A stretch of 64,000 nt of DNA from Catajapyx aquilonaris. Lineage: Eukaryota. The first letter of the stretch is position 1. Every line of letters starts with the position of its first letter. The notes under the pieces are model-generated. The model had not been told where the DNA came from and made no database searches. It was given only the letters and a program-made list of their open reading frames with translations. Made by a program: the position numbers and the translations under genes. Location: the NCBI GenBank assembly GCA_000934665.2, contig KZ538030.1, positions 1-64,000 on the forward strand, written 5' to 3'. This document shows, one piece after another, positions 52,493 to 64,000 of this stretch.

Positions 52493-54248
52493 ATGATCGT
52501 GGGAGCCTTGGCCCCGTTCATCCCGCAATGGTACGTTCGAAGGTCAAAGGTCATTCCGGGGATTTAAAAAAAAGAGAGGGAATATTGGCAACAGAACAGC
52601 TGTGATATAACCTGTGATGTGAAAAGAATGGAACAAAAATATTCGAAAAAAAAAAAAACGAGAGAAACTGTTAGAAAAACATGTAGAAAATAATAATGTC
52701 AAAAAAAAAGAAGTATTGCCTGTTAAAAAATTGCTTGGCTCCTAATGTTACAGTAAGGTCCAGAACTTTAATACGGTATTAATAAAATAAACTTAATGTC
52801 AGAAAAATAATTTCATTTGTAAATATAGCCATGAATTACGGGCATAAATATGTATTGCTTGTGCGCTCCGACTCTTCCGAAAGTAGGCCTACCGTACTTT
52901 AAGACGACCTTTCAACAAAGTACTTTCCTTTTGAACTCGGCTATTGAGCTCTATAACTTTTCCGTTCATAACGATGTTTGATGTTTCAGTGGGGTCCAAG
53001 TAAGAGGAATGGCGACCCTGAAGGCGATCCAAATCCGCCTGAAGTCGGTCAAGAACATTCAGAAGATTACGAAGAGTATGAAGATGGTGTCGGCCGCTAA
53101 GTACGCGCGAGCTGAGAGAGAACTGCGTCTCGCAAGACCATACGGAGAAGGAGCGAAGGTAATTCAGACGTGTTTGGTAGCATCACAATTGAACTTGCAG
53201 TTCGTAGATTTTATTGGAGGTGTCTTACCTTTTATTTTTGTGCGCAGGCATTTTATGAGAAGGCGGAGGTGAAGCCGGCTGACGATAAGGGTGCCCAGCT
53301 GATCGTTGCTATAACATCAGACCGTGGCTTGTGTGGTGCTGTCCACACGAACGTCGGGAAGCAGATTAAGGCAGATATCACCGCATCGCCTGACAATACC
53401 AAAGTCTTCTGCGTCGGAGACAAGTCTCGTGCTCTGCTGCACCGGTAGGAATTCTTTATATGCCATCAGTGTAATATGTGACTTGAAATTCTTTTTTGAT
53501 TGTCCCCAGTCTGTTTGGAAAGCACATAATAATGACAGTGAATGAAGTGGGGCGTACCCCTCCTTCCTTCCAAGATGCATCCCGCATTGCCGATAGTATC
53601 CTGTCAAGCGGATATGAGTTTGACTCTGGAAAAATCGTCTACAACCGATTCAAGTCTGTAGTGTCGTACACTACTATGGATCTACCCATATACAGTTTGG
53701 CCACCGTAAGCGCAGCAGAGAAGCTGCCCATCTATGATTCTCTGGATGCCGATGTACTTCAGAGCTACATGGAATTCTCCCTGGCCTCCATGATCTACTA
53801 CACCATGAAGGAGTCTGCCTGCAGCGAGCAGAGTTCCAGGATGACTGCTATGGACAGTGCCAGCAAGAATGCCGGTTAGTGTTTGAATAAAATTGGTGTA
53901 CGATTGTGAATCTCGCCTGAGACGACAGTATTACCATAACACTTTGCTGGAAACATCTTAGTCGGAAAATTTGTGTCCCATGTGACACCTTATCAGAAAC
54001 TTTCCTTTGGAAGTAATTTCATCAGAGGACGTCCAGAGTCGCTGTTTGTCCAAAACATGTAATTTTGATGCATCTGACAGAAGAATTTTTTTACATTTTT
54101 TTACATAGGTTTTCTCATTTCGAGGCTAATTGAACTTATTTTTTCAGGGGAGATGATTGACAAGCTGACGCTGACTTTCAACCGAACTCGGCAGGCTGTC
54201 ATCACCCGTGAACTTATTGAAATCATCTCTGGAGCTTCTGCCTTGTAG
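52493..54248 (+). CDS. ATP5F1C: Mitochondrial ATP synthase F1 subunit gamma (~289 aa)
   Basis: Exons 52493-52530, 52990-53158, 53248-53444, 53510-53874 and 54148-54248 (870 nt, in phase). Contains [61 protein letters not shown] and [24 protein letters not shown]. The presequence ends QVRG-MATLK. Confidence 0.97.
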
Positions 54249-55274
54249 ATACAGTCATCAAGAGGAAGGAAAGCTGAATAGTCCCAATTTAGAAAAGAAA
54301 AATTCACCATTGTTTTTTTTTTTTCACTCGCAAGGATGATGTGGCAATAGGAAAAGTACATAACGTAATTATTAGGCCAACACTGCCATGTACTTCAACA
54401 TGTAAATTTCAAAAATCTTGTCTGGGAAGGACAGGGATTGAGTTCTCAGCCCACTTGAACCATCTTGAATCCACACCCTGCCCTTCTAACACACGAGATT
54501 GGTTTGCACAATGCTTTTTTTCAAAGAGGTGCGATCTCTGCCGTTTTAGGTAGTTTGTTGGGAGATTTGATAGATCAACGAAGGAATGATTGTCAAGGGA
54601 ACTACGTAAAATTCTAGAGTTTGTTCCCCCCTCTCCAATACCTAACATGTAACTGCTGCCATTGGGAATAAAGTGACCATTAGCCGAATGTCGATGTTTA
54701 ATTTATGCCACTTGGAATGTTGGAGCTAGTAAAGGAATTGAACCACGGGTAACGCAAGGCAGCAAAAATGACTGTAATGAAAGTGCAAATGTCAAGGGGA
54801 GATGACTATTGACTATAATTTTAAAATGAAAAGGCTGTGTTAGGCATTAGGATGGGTCTGTGCATGCATTGTTTTCACCTCTGTGACCTTGACAACTGTT
54901 ATTGAAAGGTATCGGGCCTATCATTTCATAATGGCAGCCTTTGTCTCTTGAGATTATTTCATGCGTGGGCTGCTGTGTGCGCTACACATCTTTGGTTATC
55001 TAATCTAACTGACCCTACCTAAGTTATTTCAGTATCATATTCCAATATCATATCAATGGATCGCTCCTGAGTTTGAACTAACTAACTGTTAGGCCCTTCC
55101 AAGTAGCGCCCCTTTACATGGTGCAGCCTGAAACAGCTCTTCTGAAAATACATTGTCACGTAAGGTAGGTTTATTCTCCTTGTAATTGGCCCTTGTTTTC
55201 AGCTAATAGTCTGAAGTCAGCATCACAGCAGTGGATTATCTATTAAAACAGGAGTGCTCTGAATATTGTGTAAG

Positions 55275-58200
55275 ATGCCACCAAAACGAGGACGAAAAGG
55301 AAAGGCAGGTCCTAGCGGCAGAGCAGATGGAGAGGACTGGGCTGGTATGAAAGTAGCGGAACTGAGGAAGAACTGTGAGGAGAAAGGGTTGGATACCAAA
55401 GGAACTAAGGCAGTGCTTGTTCAACGTCTGCAAGCCGGAAATGAGTAAGAACTGATACGCATCAATCACATTTATTATTGCCACAATTTGTGTTTAATGC
55501 CATACACTTTTGAAGCCATGTTGTGTGCATCACATAAAACTTGTCTCCATTAAGAAAGTTCTGCGACTTAGTAATATTCTTTCATATAGGTGTGGCAATG
55601 ATGATGATGAGCCAAGTCCTCCGAAGGTAAAGAAGGAGGAGAGTATCAGCACAAAGGTCAAGAAAGTGTTGGAGAAGGAGGGGAAGAAGAGGAGACCAAG
55701 GAGTGATGCTTATGCAAGATTTATGCATTGTAAGAATTTACTTCTGGAATCAGAGGCATGGTGTGCACCTGTGTATAAAGATTATGACTGCATGTTGAAC
55801 CAGACTAATATTGGGCACAACAACAACAAGTTCTACGTCATCCAAGTAATACACAGAAGGGAAAAGTTCTGGACTTGGACCAGGTGGGGAAGAGTGGTAA
55901 GTAATTGTCATTGCATGAAAGGATGTTCCCTTGACCACCACTAGGTTTTTACTGGTTCCGATGTTAATTTTGGCTTTCTTGTAAGGGTGAAGATGGCCAG
56001 AACTCCCTGAAGGAAGCCAAGGATGCAGCAGCGGCTGTGAAAGAGTTTGAGCGCAAGTTCATAGAAAAGACCAAGAACGACTGGTCCAAACGGGATGACT
56101 TCAAGCCTTATCCTGGAAAGTACGCTTATATTGAGTTGGGAGATGACACTGATGAGTACGATAGTGAAGAAGACACAGTGGACGAAGTCACTCTTGGAAG
56201 TGAGGCTAAGATCCTGGACGACCCCAAGAGGACTTGCAAGCTTGATTTAGCTACCCAACGGCTGATAGACCTGATTTTTGATCCTGACGTGCTTCTGGAT
56301 GAGATGAAGCTTATGCAATTGGGTATGGTTGCATATTATCTGCCTATTTTGAAGACATTTTAAAACTCCCTGCTTTTTTAGACGTGAAAAAAATTCCTTT
56401 GGGAAAACTGAGCAAACAACAGATTGCAAAAGGATTTGACACCCTAGTAGCCATTGAGAATGAATTGAAGGCCACAAGGGTAAGTTTAAAAAAAAAGGAA
56501 AAAGTAAATATAGTTGACTCCGATATATACATAACAGACTTCAAGTGACCACGGAAAGAAGGATGCTTTATTCGGGGTCTGGTTTAGCTGAATTGCCACT
56601 TTTGTAATGATTCCACAAAGATTTCTGCCTGCCTTATGCATATAATGCACACTGATGCATATTGATTAATGGAACTCTCCACAAAATTTCCAAAATAAAG
56701 TTGCTGTCATACGTTATGTGAAATAATTAAGTTTGTGTTTTTCTCAGCCAAAGAGAGCAACACTGGAGCAGCTCTCCAGCCAATTCTTCACTCAAATCCC
56801 ACACACCTTTGGGCGTCGACAACCCCCTGTAATTGACAGCTTGGATGCCACAACAAAGAAGAAGAAGATGCTCTTGATTCTTTCAGACATAGAGTTGGCC
56901 CAGAGCATGCAGAAGGAAAAGGAAGTAAGGATTATGAATATGACAGGTGCAAGAGTTATTCCACAAATTTTATCCTTCAGATCGAAGTAGTCCAGTTGCA
57001 TCCATTGGATGCTATGTACAATATCCTGGAATGCAAACTGGAGTTAATGGATCGAGTGAAAGATAAGGAGGAGTATGAGATGATAGAGAAATATATTGAG
57101 GCCACCAGCCGGTATAACCAACTGATATACATCTGGTGCATGGAAAGAGAATCGGAACGGGAGCGGTTTAAGTTTCATGAAGACATCAAGTTCCGCAAAC
57201 TGTTGTGGCATGGGACCAGAGTGGCAGTGGTGGCTGCCATACTGAAGTCAGGCCTGCGAATCATGCCGCACTCTGGTGGGAAGATTGGTCGAGGGATATA
57301 CTTTGCTTCGGAACATGAGATGAGCTACACTTTTGGTGAGAAGAGATAGGGCTACTCAGTGGAGATACTTTTTCAATGTTTTTGTTCTTGCGAACCTGCA
57401 AAGGTGTCAAGGATTTGGCGCACAAGCCAGTACCATTTGCCCCAAGGGGGTAGTCACCCATCAAAAAAGTGTACACTGGCTCTCTTGGGCTCTCCCCCGG
57501 CTCACCAGCAGGCTCACCCACGGTCTTATGGGCTCACCGATGCCTCGGAAAGCCGCAGAGAGCCTCATATGATGCAATGATATGACGTCAATATGACGTA
57601 GTTTTCCCTTGGCTCTCCGCGGCTCCCCAGTGCAGGTGTACACCAGTTCTCCGAAGTGACTACCCCCTTGATTTGCCCTTCAAGTGGAGCCCATGGCACA
57701 TGCCATACTTGCCTAGTTACGCCTCTGATTAATAAACACTGATGGGCACTTGCAATTTAAAGATGCATTGTCTGTTCAACTGAATGAGTTGGTAATAAAT
57801 TTTTGGGATGCTAAAAGCTAAAATGTGTTACATTTCTAGCTAGCACAATAACGAGTATGGCAAATTATCGGAACTGGAAGCTGGACGAGGACGAGGATGA
57901 GAGGCCAGTGGGAATCATGTTCCTGGCCGAAGTGGCCTTGGGGAAGGTAAAAGAGATTACCTGCAATGATCTCACTCGCACCGCAGCACCTCCAGACTTC
58001 GACAGCGTTGTTGGCAGGGGACGGGTTGAGCCAGGTGAGACACAGAGTTTTCACTGCATGCAATAATCAAACACTATGCATACAATGGATAGAGAATTTT
58101 GCTAATCACGCTAGTGGGACGATATTGTATTACCGAGCAATTCCAGCGTTACGGACGTTATCATCGCAAGCGCAAAGGGGGAAAGATGGCTGCTTCCACG

Positions 58201-60019
58201 ATGGTGCATGCGAGTGATGATGAAATGGGTATGGCCAAAGGAACAATAAGGATGTGTGCTTTCATATACACCATGAACCGACCTCCTACATATACACACG
58301 AGAGGGACAGTCGCGTTATTGTGCTCGTTACGGACGTTACCTGATTTGAACACCCTAATACGAGGGGGGTTAAAGTATACGAAATTCCTGCGAATTATAT
58401 CAGGTTATGGAACTTTCTTCTACAGGGTCCATTGCAAGAATGGTGTGTTCGTATAATGACTTGACTCGTAGAGCAATTGCAGCCATAGTTCGCCAACAAT
58501 GGACAAATGTTCCTGCGTTACGGACGTTACCCGATCGACACAGGCGTAACAACACCTTACTAAATAAGCTTTAGAAGTCGAATCGGAGTACTGTGCGTGC
58601 CATACATATAATATGAAACAACAGCATCAACTCAGTATATATTTTAATGTGATTTGGTAAACGAAACAAACAGGTTACAGTATATGTTCTTTTTACTAAT
58701 AATGGACATTGTAATGGAGGGTCATAATTTAAACCAACAACATACATTCGTCATCAATCATGTCAGCAAGCTCAGACAATGTGCATGCCATGCTAAAATA
58801 TGCATGACATACAAAAATGTGACACAAAAAAGGGTATGATCATTAGCTCGTGGTATGACATGAAAATGTGGGCATACAAAAAAATGCGTATGACATACAA
58901 AAGTGTGCATTACATATACTGAAAAATTAACCTACTTCCAGTAAAATGAATGTGTTAGTGTAGAGTCACTGCTTGAATATTCTTTGGTCTTGCTACTGTC
59001 GGGGCTCCGTGCTTCCAGGAAATGAAGCTCCCGCGTCTTAGGAATAGATGGCACGTTGTTTTCCCACAAGTCTTTTAGCTCAAGTTGTGAGACAATTGCA
59101 TCCAATTGTATTTAATTGCCGCATTTAATCGCTGCATTTTAATTGGCATGATATGTTGGCATTGTGTGGTCTTGATCATGTTCATGTTTATTCGTTTTGG
59201 ATGCAGTTAGATATCGAGCAAGTTCCGTTACGGACGTAACAGCTAACGTTCGTAACGCACATTAGCCCATTAATGGACATTAATTTCAGGAAATTGTGTC
59301 ATCATATCATTTCCCTGGATGACCCAAAATTAGATACGAAGAATGGTGGCGATCGACAACTTACCCTCCATGTGACAGGAACTTTGTCGTGTTCTCGTTA
59401 CGGACGTTACCCGTTCTAGGGAGGGGTGACTGATTATTGGTCCGTGTAACTCCGGAAATATTTAATCTAGTTTTTCCGCATATACATTTGCACTGTGATA
59501 ATCGTAGGTAACTATTCTGCGCGGATACATTTCAGCAAGTCGCATGTGCAAATTGCGACGACAGTTTCTTTGTGTGCTTCCTCAGTGAGCTTGTGCACCC
59601 ATGCAAAATGAGTCACATATGTACGTTGTCTCCACACCTTCACACATGTACGAAACGAGAGTCTCTTGTACTGCAATGAAATTTGGACTAGGCCCTTTGA
59701 ACGTGCAGAGAGAATTTTCTCCTACGATAATTTTTTTTTCCATGTCTGTCATGTTGACATTTTCGTGGAATTGCTCTACCGTTATTTAACTCCCATCCTT
59801 ATGCATTGTCTGATCTAATGCAACCCGTTGATTTTAGATCCAACCAAAGATGCTAAACTGACTCTGGATGGTCACACAATATACATTCCTCAAGGGAACC
59901 CAATAGAGCAGCCACAGTTCAACAGTAGCAGTTTCAAGCAGAGTGAGTACGTGGTGTACAAGGAGAGCCAGGTGCGTCTGCGATACTTGCTTGCCTTCGA
60001 TATGACCATGGCGATATGA
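55275..60019 (+). CDS. PARP3: PARP3-like ADP-ribosyltransferase, copy A (SAP-WGR-regulatory-catalytic; divergent; ~606 aa)
   Basis: Exons 55275-55444, 55590-55896, 55986-56322, 56382-56479, 56748-56924, 56981-57335, 57840-58034 and 59838-60019 (1821 nt, open). Motifs LNQTNIGHNNNKFY, WGRVGE, LLWHGT, GLRIMPHSGG.GRGIYFA and QSEY...ESQVRLRYL. Confidence 0.9.
57443..57670. mobile_element. MITE, 228 bp, with 8-bp TSD (P- or hAT-type) in intron 6 of PARP copy A
   Basis: Perfect 15-bp TIR CAAGGGGGTAGTCAC. TSD ATTTGCCC at 57435-57442 and 57671-57678. Absent from the paralogous intron of copy B. Confidence 0.85.
58135..59776. mobile_element. Non-autonomous DNA transposon, 1642 bp, 4-bp TSD (Sola-like ends) in intron 7 of PARP copy A
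   Basis: TIR GAGCAATTCCA / TGGAATTGCTC. TSD TACC at 58131-58134 and 59777-59780. The equivalent intron in copy B is only 84 bp. No transposase ORF seen. Confidence 0.8.
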
Positions 60020-60798
60020 CCTAACGTCTGGGACCCCCTAACTCAATGAGCAGATTCTGTGGTGTGGCTGAATTTGGTCTATACCAAGTCCCACATGCAC
60101 TGTATCCTGTCGATGCTTCATCAATGAATACAAAAATATTAAGTAGTTCATTATGCAACTTAGTTGTTTTCATTTACTGATAACTTGCAAGAACCTTTCC
60201 AGGCGTGCTGTTTTTTTGCAGTAATGCAACTGTATTCCTAAGAAGTTATCTACTGAATGAGCTAAATGTCAAGTACGGGTACGTACAGAACTGGAGGAAG
60301 AATTATTTTCCTTCACATCCTGTCAATATTCACGAGAGTGGACCAATGAATGTTAGCACTGGACACAATAAAATATATAAAGTGGCAAATGATACGAACA
60401 TTGTTTAATAATGTTTATTATTGCACAGATAGGGCACCTATTTGTTTTGAATTGAGAGCCATTTGAGGCTGCGTTCTGACGCCCGCTCTCTCGATCTGTT
60501 GAAACAGTGTTGTCATATTTTAATTGACCTTGAACATTTTACTGGGAGTTATGATGTCGATATTTCAAGGTTCGTGCACCGGGTGATGGCCGACGGGGAG
60601 AAGAATCCGTCAGTACAAGACCAGACACGATCCAGGACACTGAAGATTTGTCACCTCAGATAAACGTCACATGCTGACAGCTGGGACTGGACAGCACTGT
60701 CTATTGCTGTGAGTACATGTCTTGGTGACTATTGGAGCACTAGTCACACTCTAATATAATTATTATGATAATTGCAGAGCGCACTGAATATAGTAAAG

Positions 60799-63746
60799 AT
60801 GCCACCAAAACGTGGACGGAAAGCAACGGCGGCTGCGACCAAAGCGGCTGCCAGCAGCGGAGATGAGGACGACTGGGCTGCCATGAAAGTAGCGGAGCTG
60901 AGGAAGATCTGCGAGGAGAAAGGGTTGGATACCAAAGGAACTAAGGCTGTGCTTGTTCAGCGTCTGCAAGCCGGAAATGAGTACGCATCGCATATGTCAC
61001 CCTTAGGAAGTACGACTTAATATTATATCCTGTAGGTCTGGTGATGATGATGAGGAGCCGAGTCCACCGAAGGTAAAGAAGGAAGACAGCTTCAACACAA
61101 AGGCCAAGAAAGCGCTGGAGGAGGTGGGAAAGGAGGAGGGCAAGAAGCGGAAACCCAAGAAGGACGCCTTGTGCATGCAAGTGGATGCAGAGGTGTACGA
61201 AGACTACGATTGCATGCTGAACCAGACCAATATTGGACACAACAACAACAAGTTCTACATCATCCAGGTGCTGCACAAGGGGGGACAGTTCTGGACGTGG
61301 AACAGATGGGGAAGAGTGGTAAGCGTCGCTCTTATGAGCAGTATGGTGCATTTGTATGGAAGGCCTTCACTACCACGGTTTCCGATGTTAATGTTTGCTC
61401 AACTTTTTTTCATCAGGGTGAAGATGGCCAGAGCGCCCTGAAGCAAGCCAAGGATGCCGCAACAGCTGCGAAGGATTTTGAGCGCAAGTTCAAAGACAAG
61501 ACCAAGAACGACTGGTCCAAACGGGATGACTTCAAGCCTAGTCCTGGGAAGTACACTTATATTGAGATGGCGGGCGACAGTGACGAGGAGGAGGAGGAGG
61601 AAGACACAGTGGACAACGTCACTTTCGGGACAGCCGCCAAGATCCTGGGTGACCCTAAGAGGGCCAGCAAGCTTGATGCCGATACCCGACGACTGGTAGA
61701 GCTGATTTTTGATGTGGACATGTTTCAAGGGCAGATGAAGGATATGGATTTAGGTATGGTTGCAAAGTAAGTGCCTGTTTTGGACACATTTTAAAATTTC
61801 CTGCTGTTTTCAGATGTGAAAAAGATGCCTTTGGGAAAACTGAGCAAGCAGCAGATTGCAAAAGGATTTGACACCCTGGTAGCCATTGAGGATGAATTGA
61901 ATGCCAACAGGGTAAGTCGTACATGAATTTTAAATACTTCCAACTTACACCGTAACCTGACCATAACTTCCTCATCATGCTGGAAAGTAGCGTTTGAGTA
62001 TGCGGTATTGCAGTAATTTTTTTCCGTCCCAAATGCTACGAATCTCAATGCACAAGTTACCCTTATCATGCCTCGGCCTTTATCAAAGAATCTACTGCTG
62101 CCGATAAAAATGCCTTATGGCACACTCCTTTACACAGTGAATGTGGGCTTTATCTTTGTTTCCTAGATACCAGTCAGCCACAACTAAAGTGCGGAAAACC
62201 AAACGACGATTTGACGTCATCGTTTCCTCCATTGTTGCTTTTTGTTGACACTGTTTATTCATATTGTTCTGTGAGGGTATTTCAATGGAAACCTTGATGA
62301 CGTCAGATCGTTGTTTACTTTTCCGCACTTTATGTCAATAGAAAGCTACAAAGTCATGTAGATGGTATGAGAATAAATGGAGTTGGAACTTTAAAAAAAT
62401 TGCTGTGGCACATTACACAAAATCATTATGGAATTTTGTATTTTTTTCAGCCAAATAAAGCAAAGCTGGAGCAGCTCTCCAGCCAATTTTTCACCCAAAT
62501 CCCGCACAGTTTCGGGCGTCAACGACCCCCTGTTATTGACAGCTTGGACATCACCAGGAAGAAGAAGGATATGCTCTTGGTGCTATCAGACATAGAGCTG
62601 GCCCAGAGCATGCAGAAGGAAAACGACGTAAGGAATTTAAACGTTACAGGTATGCAAGTTATTCCGCAAGTTGCACCTTTCAGAAAGAAGTAGCCCAGCT
62701 GAATCCAGTGGATGCCAAGTACAAGCTCCTGGAATGCAAACTGGAGTCCCTGGATCCAGCGAAAGATAAGCAGGAGTGTGAGATAATTGAGAAATATATC
62801 GAGGCCACCAAGCCTAACCACATCAAGCTGACGCACATGTGGCGCATGGAGAGAGGATCTGATCCCGAGAGGTTTAAGCTTCATGAAGACATCAAGTTCC
62901 GCAAATTGTTGTGGCATGGGACCAATGTGGCGGTGGTGGCCGCCATACTGAAGTCAGGCCTACGAATCATGCCCCACTCTGGGGGAAGGGTTGGACGAGG
63001 GATATACTTTGCTTCGCAGAATGAGAAGAGCTCTGGATATGGTGAGTCGACATGCTTGTTCAATGATGTAGAGTTAACTGCAGTAACGACAGCAGTATTG
63101 TCTTACGGAGGATAAGTCGAGGTGCTCTCAAAAAAGTTTGAGAAATTCTTGTGTGGTCTAACAACCCAAAGGACTTAAATCTTCCCTGTTTAGTTGAATG
63201 TATTGATGGGCACTTGCAATTTTAAAACAGGAAAGATGGAATTGCATGCTCCACTGCAAGCGTTGGTAATTTTTTTTTGCTGCAAGATGTTAAGAGTGTT
63301 TCTGTACCTTAGTGGGAACAACCAGATGCAACTGGAAGGGTCAGAACTCCACTGTGGGCCTCATGTTCCTGGCTGAAGTGGCATTGGGGAAGGAAAAAGA
63401 GATAACCTGCGATGATCACAGACTCACCGCAGCCCCTCCAGGCTTCGACAGCATTGTTGCCAGGGGACAGGTTGAGCCAGGTGGGACAGATTTCTCTGCA
63501 TGCAACAATCAGACTATGACTTCACCTATGTATCGTCTGACCTAACGTGACCTGCTGATTTTAGATCCAACTAAAGATGCTAAACTGACTCTGGATGGCT
63601 ACACAATATACGTTCCGCAAGGGAAGGCAATTCAGCAGCCCCAGTTCAACAGTAGCAGCTTCTATCAGAGTGAGTACCTCGTGTACAAGGAGAGCCAGGT
63701 GCGCCTGCGATACCTGCTTGCCTTCAACTTCAACTACGGCGGCTAA
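60799..63746 (+). CDS. PARP3: PARP3-like ADP-ribosyltransferase, copy B (SAP-WGR-regulatory-catalytic; ~594 aa)
   Basis: Exons 60799-60980, 61036-61318, 61417-61753, 61814-61911, 62451-62627, 62684-63041, 63313-63480 and 63565-63746 (1785 nt, open). HGTNVAVVAAILKSGLRIMPHSGGRVGRGIYFASQNEKSSGY closely matches the PARP3 signature; QSEY supplies the catalytic Glu. Confidence 0.94.
62185..62332. mobile_element. Hairpin MITE (~148 bp, TA-bounded) in intron 4 of PARP copy B
   Basis: ~50-bp imperfect TIRs TAAAGTGCGGAAAA..AAAC.ACGAT.TGACGTCATC and their reverse complement. Not seen in intron 4 of copy A. Confidence 0.7.
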
Positions 63747-64000
63747 CTCAGCATATTCCATGATGATTCTGACTTTGGTGAATACCACGGACGCTATTAC
63801 GCATATGCACTTTATAATACTGTTGACGCTTCACCAAAGAATACAAATTATTAAGTATTACATGTTACGCAACGCAGCTCAAGTTGTTTTCATTTGCAGA
63901 GAATTTGCAGGAACCTTTCCCAATGCGCTGGTTTTGCAGTCTAATGAGTCTTCACATTTATTACAGTAATTACGGTACTGCACCCCTGCCATCTTTTCCA

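Noticed and set aside
55730..55753. Extra GT-AG micro-intron in PARP copy A exon 2
   Set aside because: Only 24 nt, far below the ~55-bp minimum seen in this window, and the frame is open, so I treated it as a coding insertion.
58147..59411. CRISPR-like repeat array
   Set aside because: Repeats are only ~14-16 bp with 170-700-bp spacing, lie inside a eukaryotic intronic transposon, and no cas genes are present.

Overview
Eukaryotic, intron-containing genomic DNA, most likely from an arthropod (inferred from an R&R-type cuticle protein gene and TTAGG repeats). I assembled six spliced genes by hand using GT-AG sites and phase checks. (1) A ~32 kb minus-strand Piccolo/RIM/Fife-like presynaptic scaffold gene: Gly/Pro/Met-rich N-terminus, a DLSxLSxEER helix, an 8-Cys zinc finger split over three exons, and an acidic plus Glu/Arg-rich region. 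No PDZ or C2 exons were found in the window. (2) An unrecognised type I membrane protein ending in an acidic-cluster dileucine motif. (3) A small RR-2-like cuticle protein. (4) Mitochondrial ATP synthase gamma subunit. (5, 6) A tandem pair of SAP-WGR-PARP (PARP3-like) genes, where the upstream copy has changed NAD-pocket residues and carries transposon insertions. Introns and intergenic DNA hold a V-SINE-like tRNA SINE, Helitron-like elements, several MITEs with clear TIRs/TSDs, interstitial TTAGG arrays and tandem repeats. Family names rest on motif recognition from memory; no database search was run.
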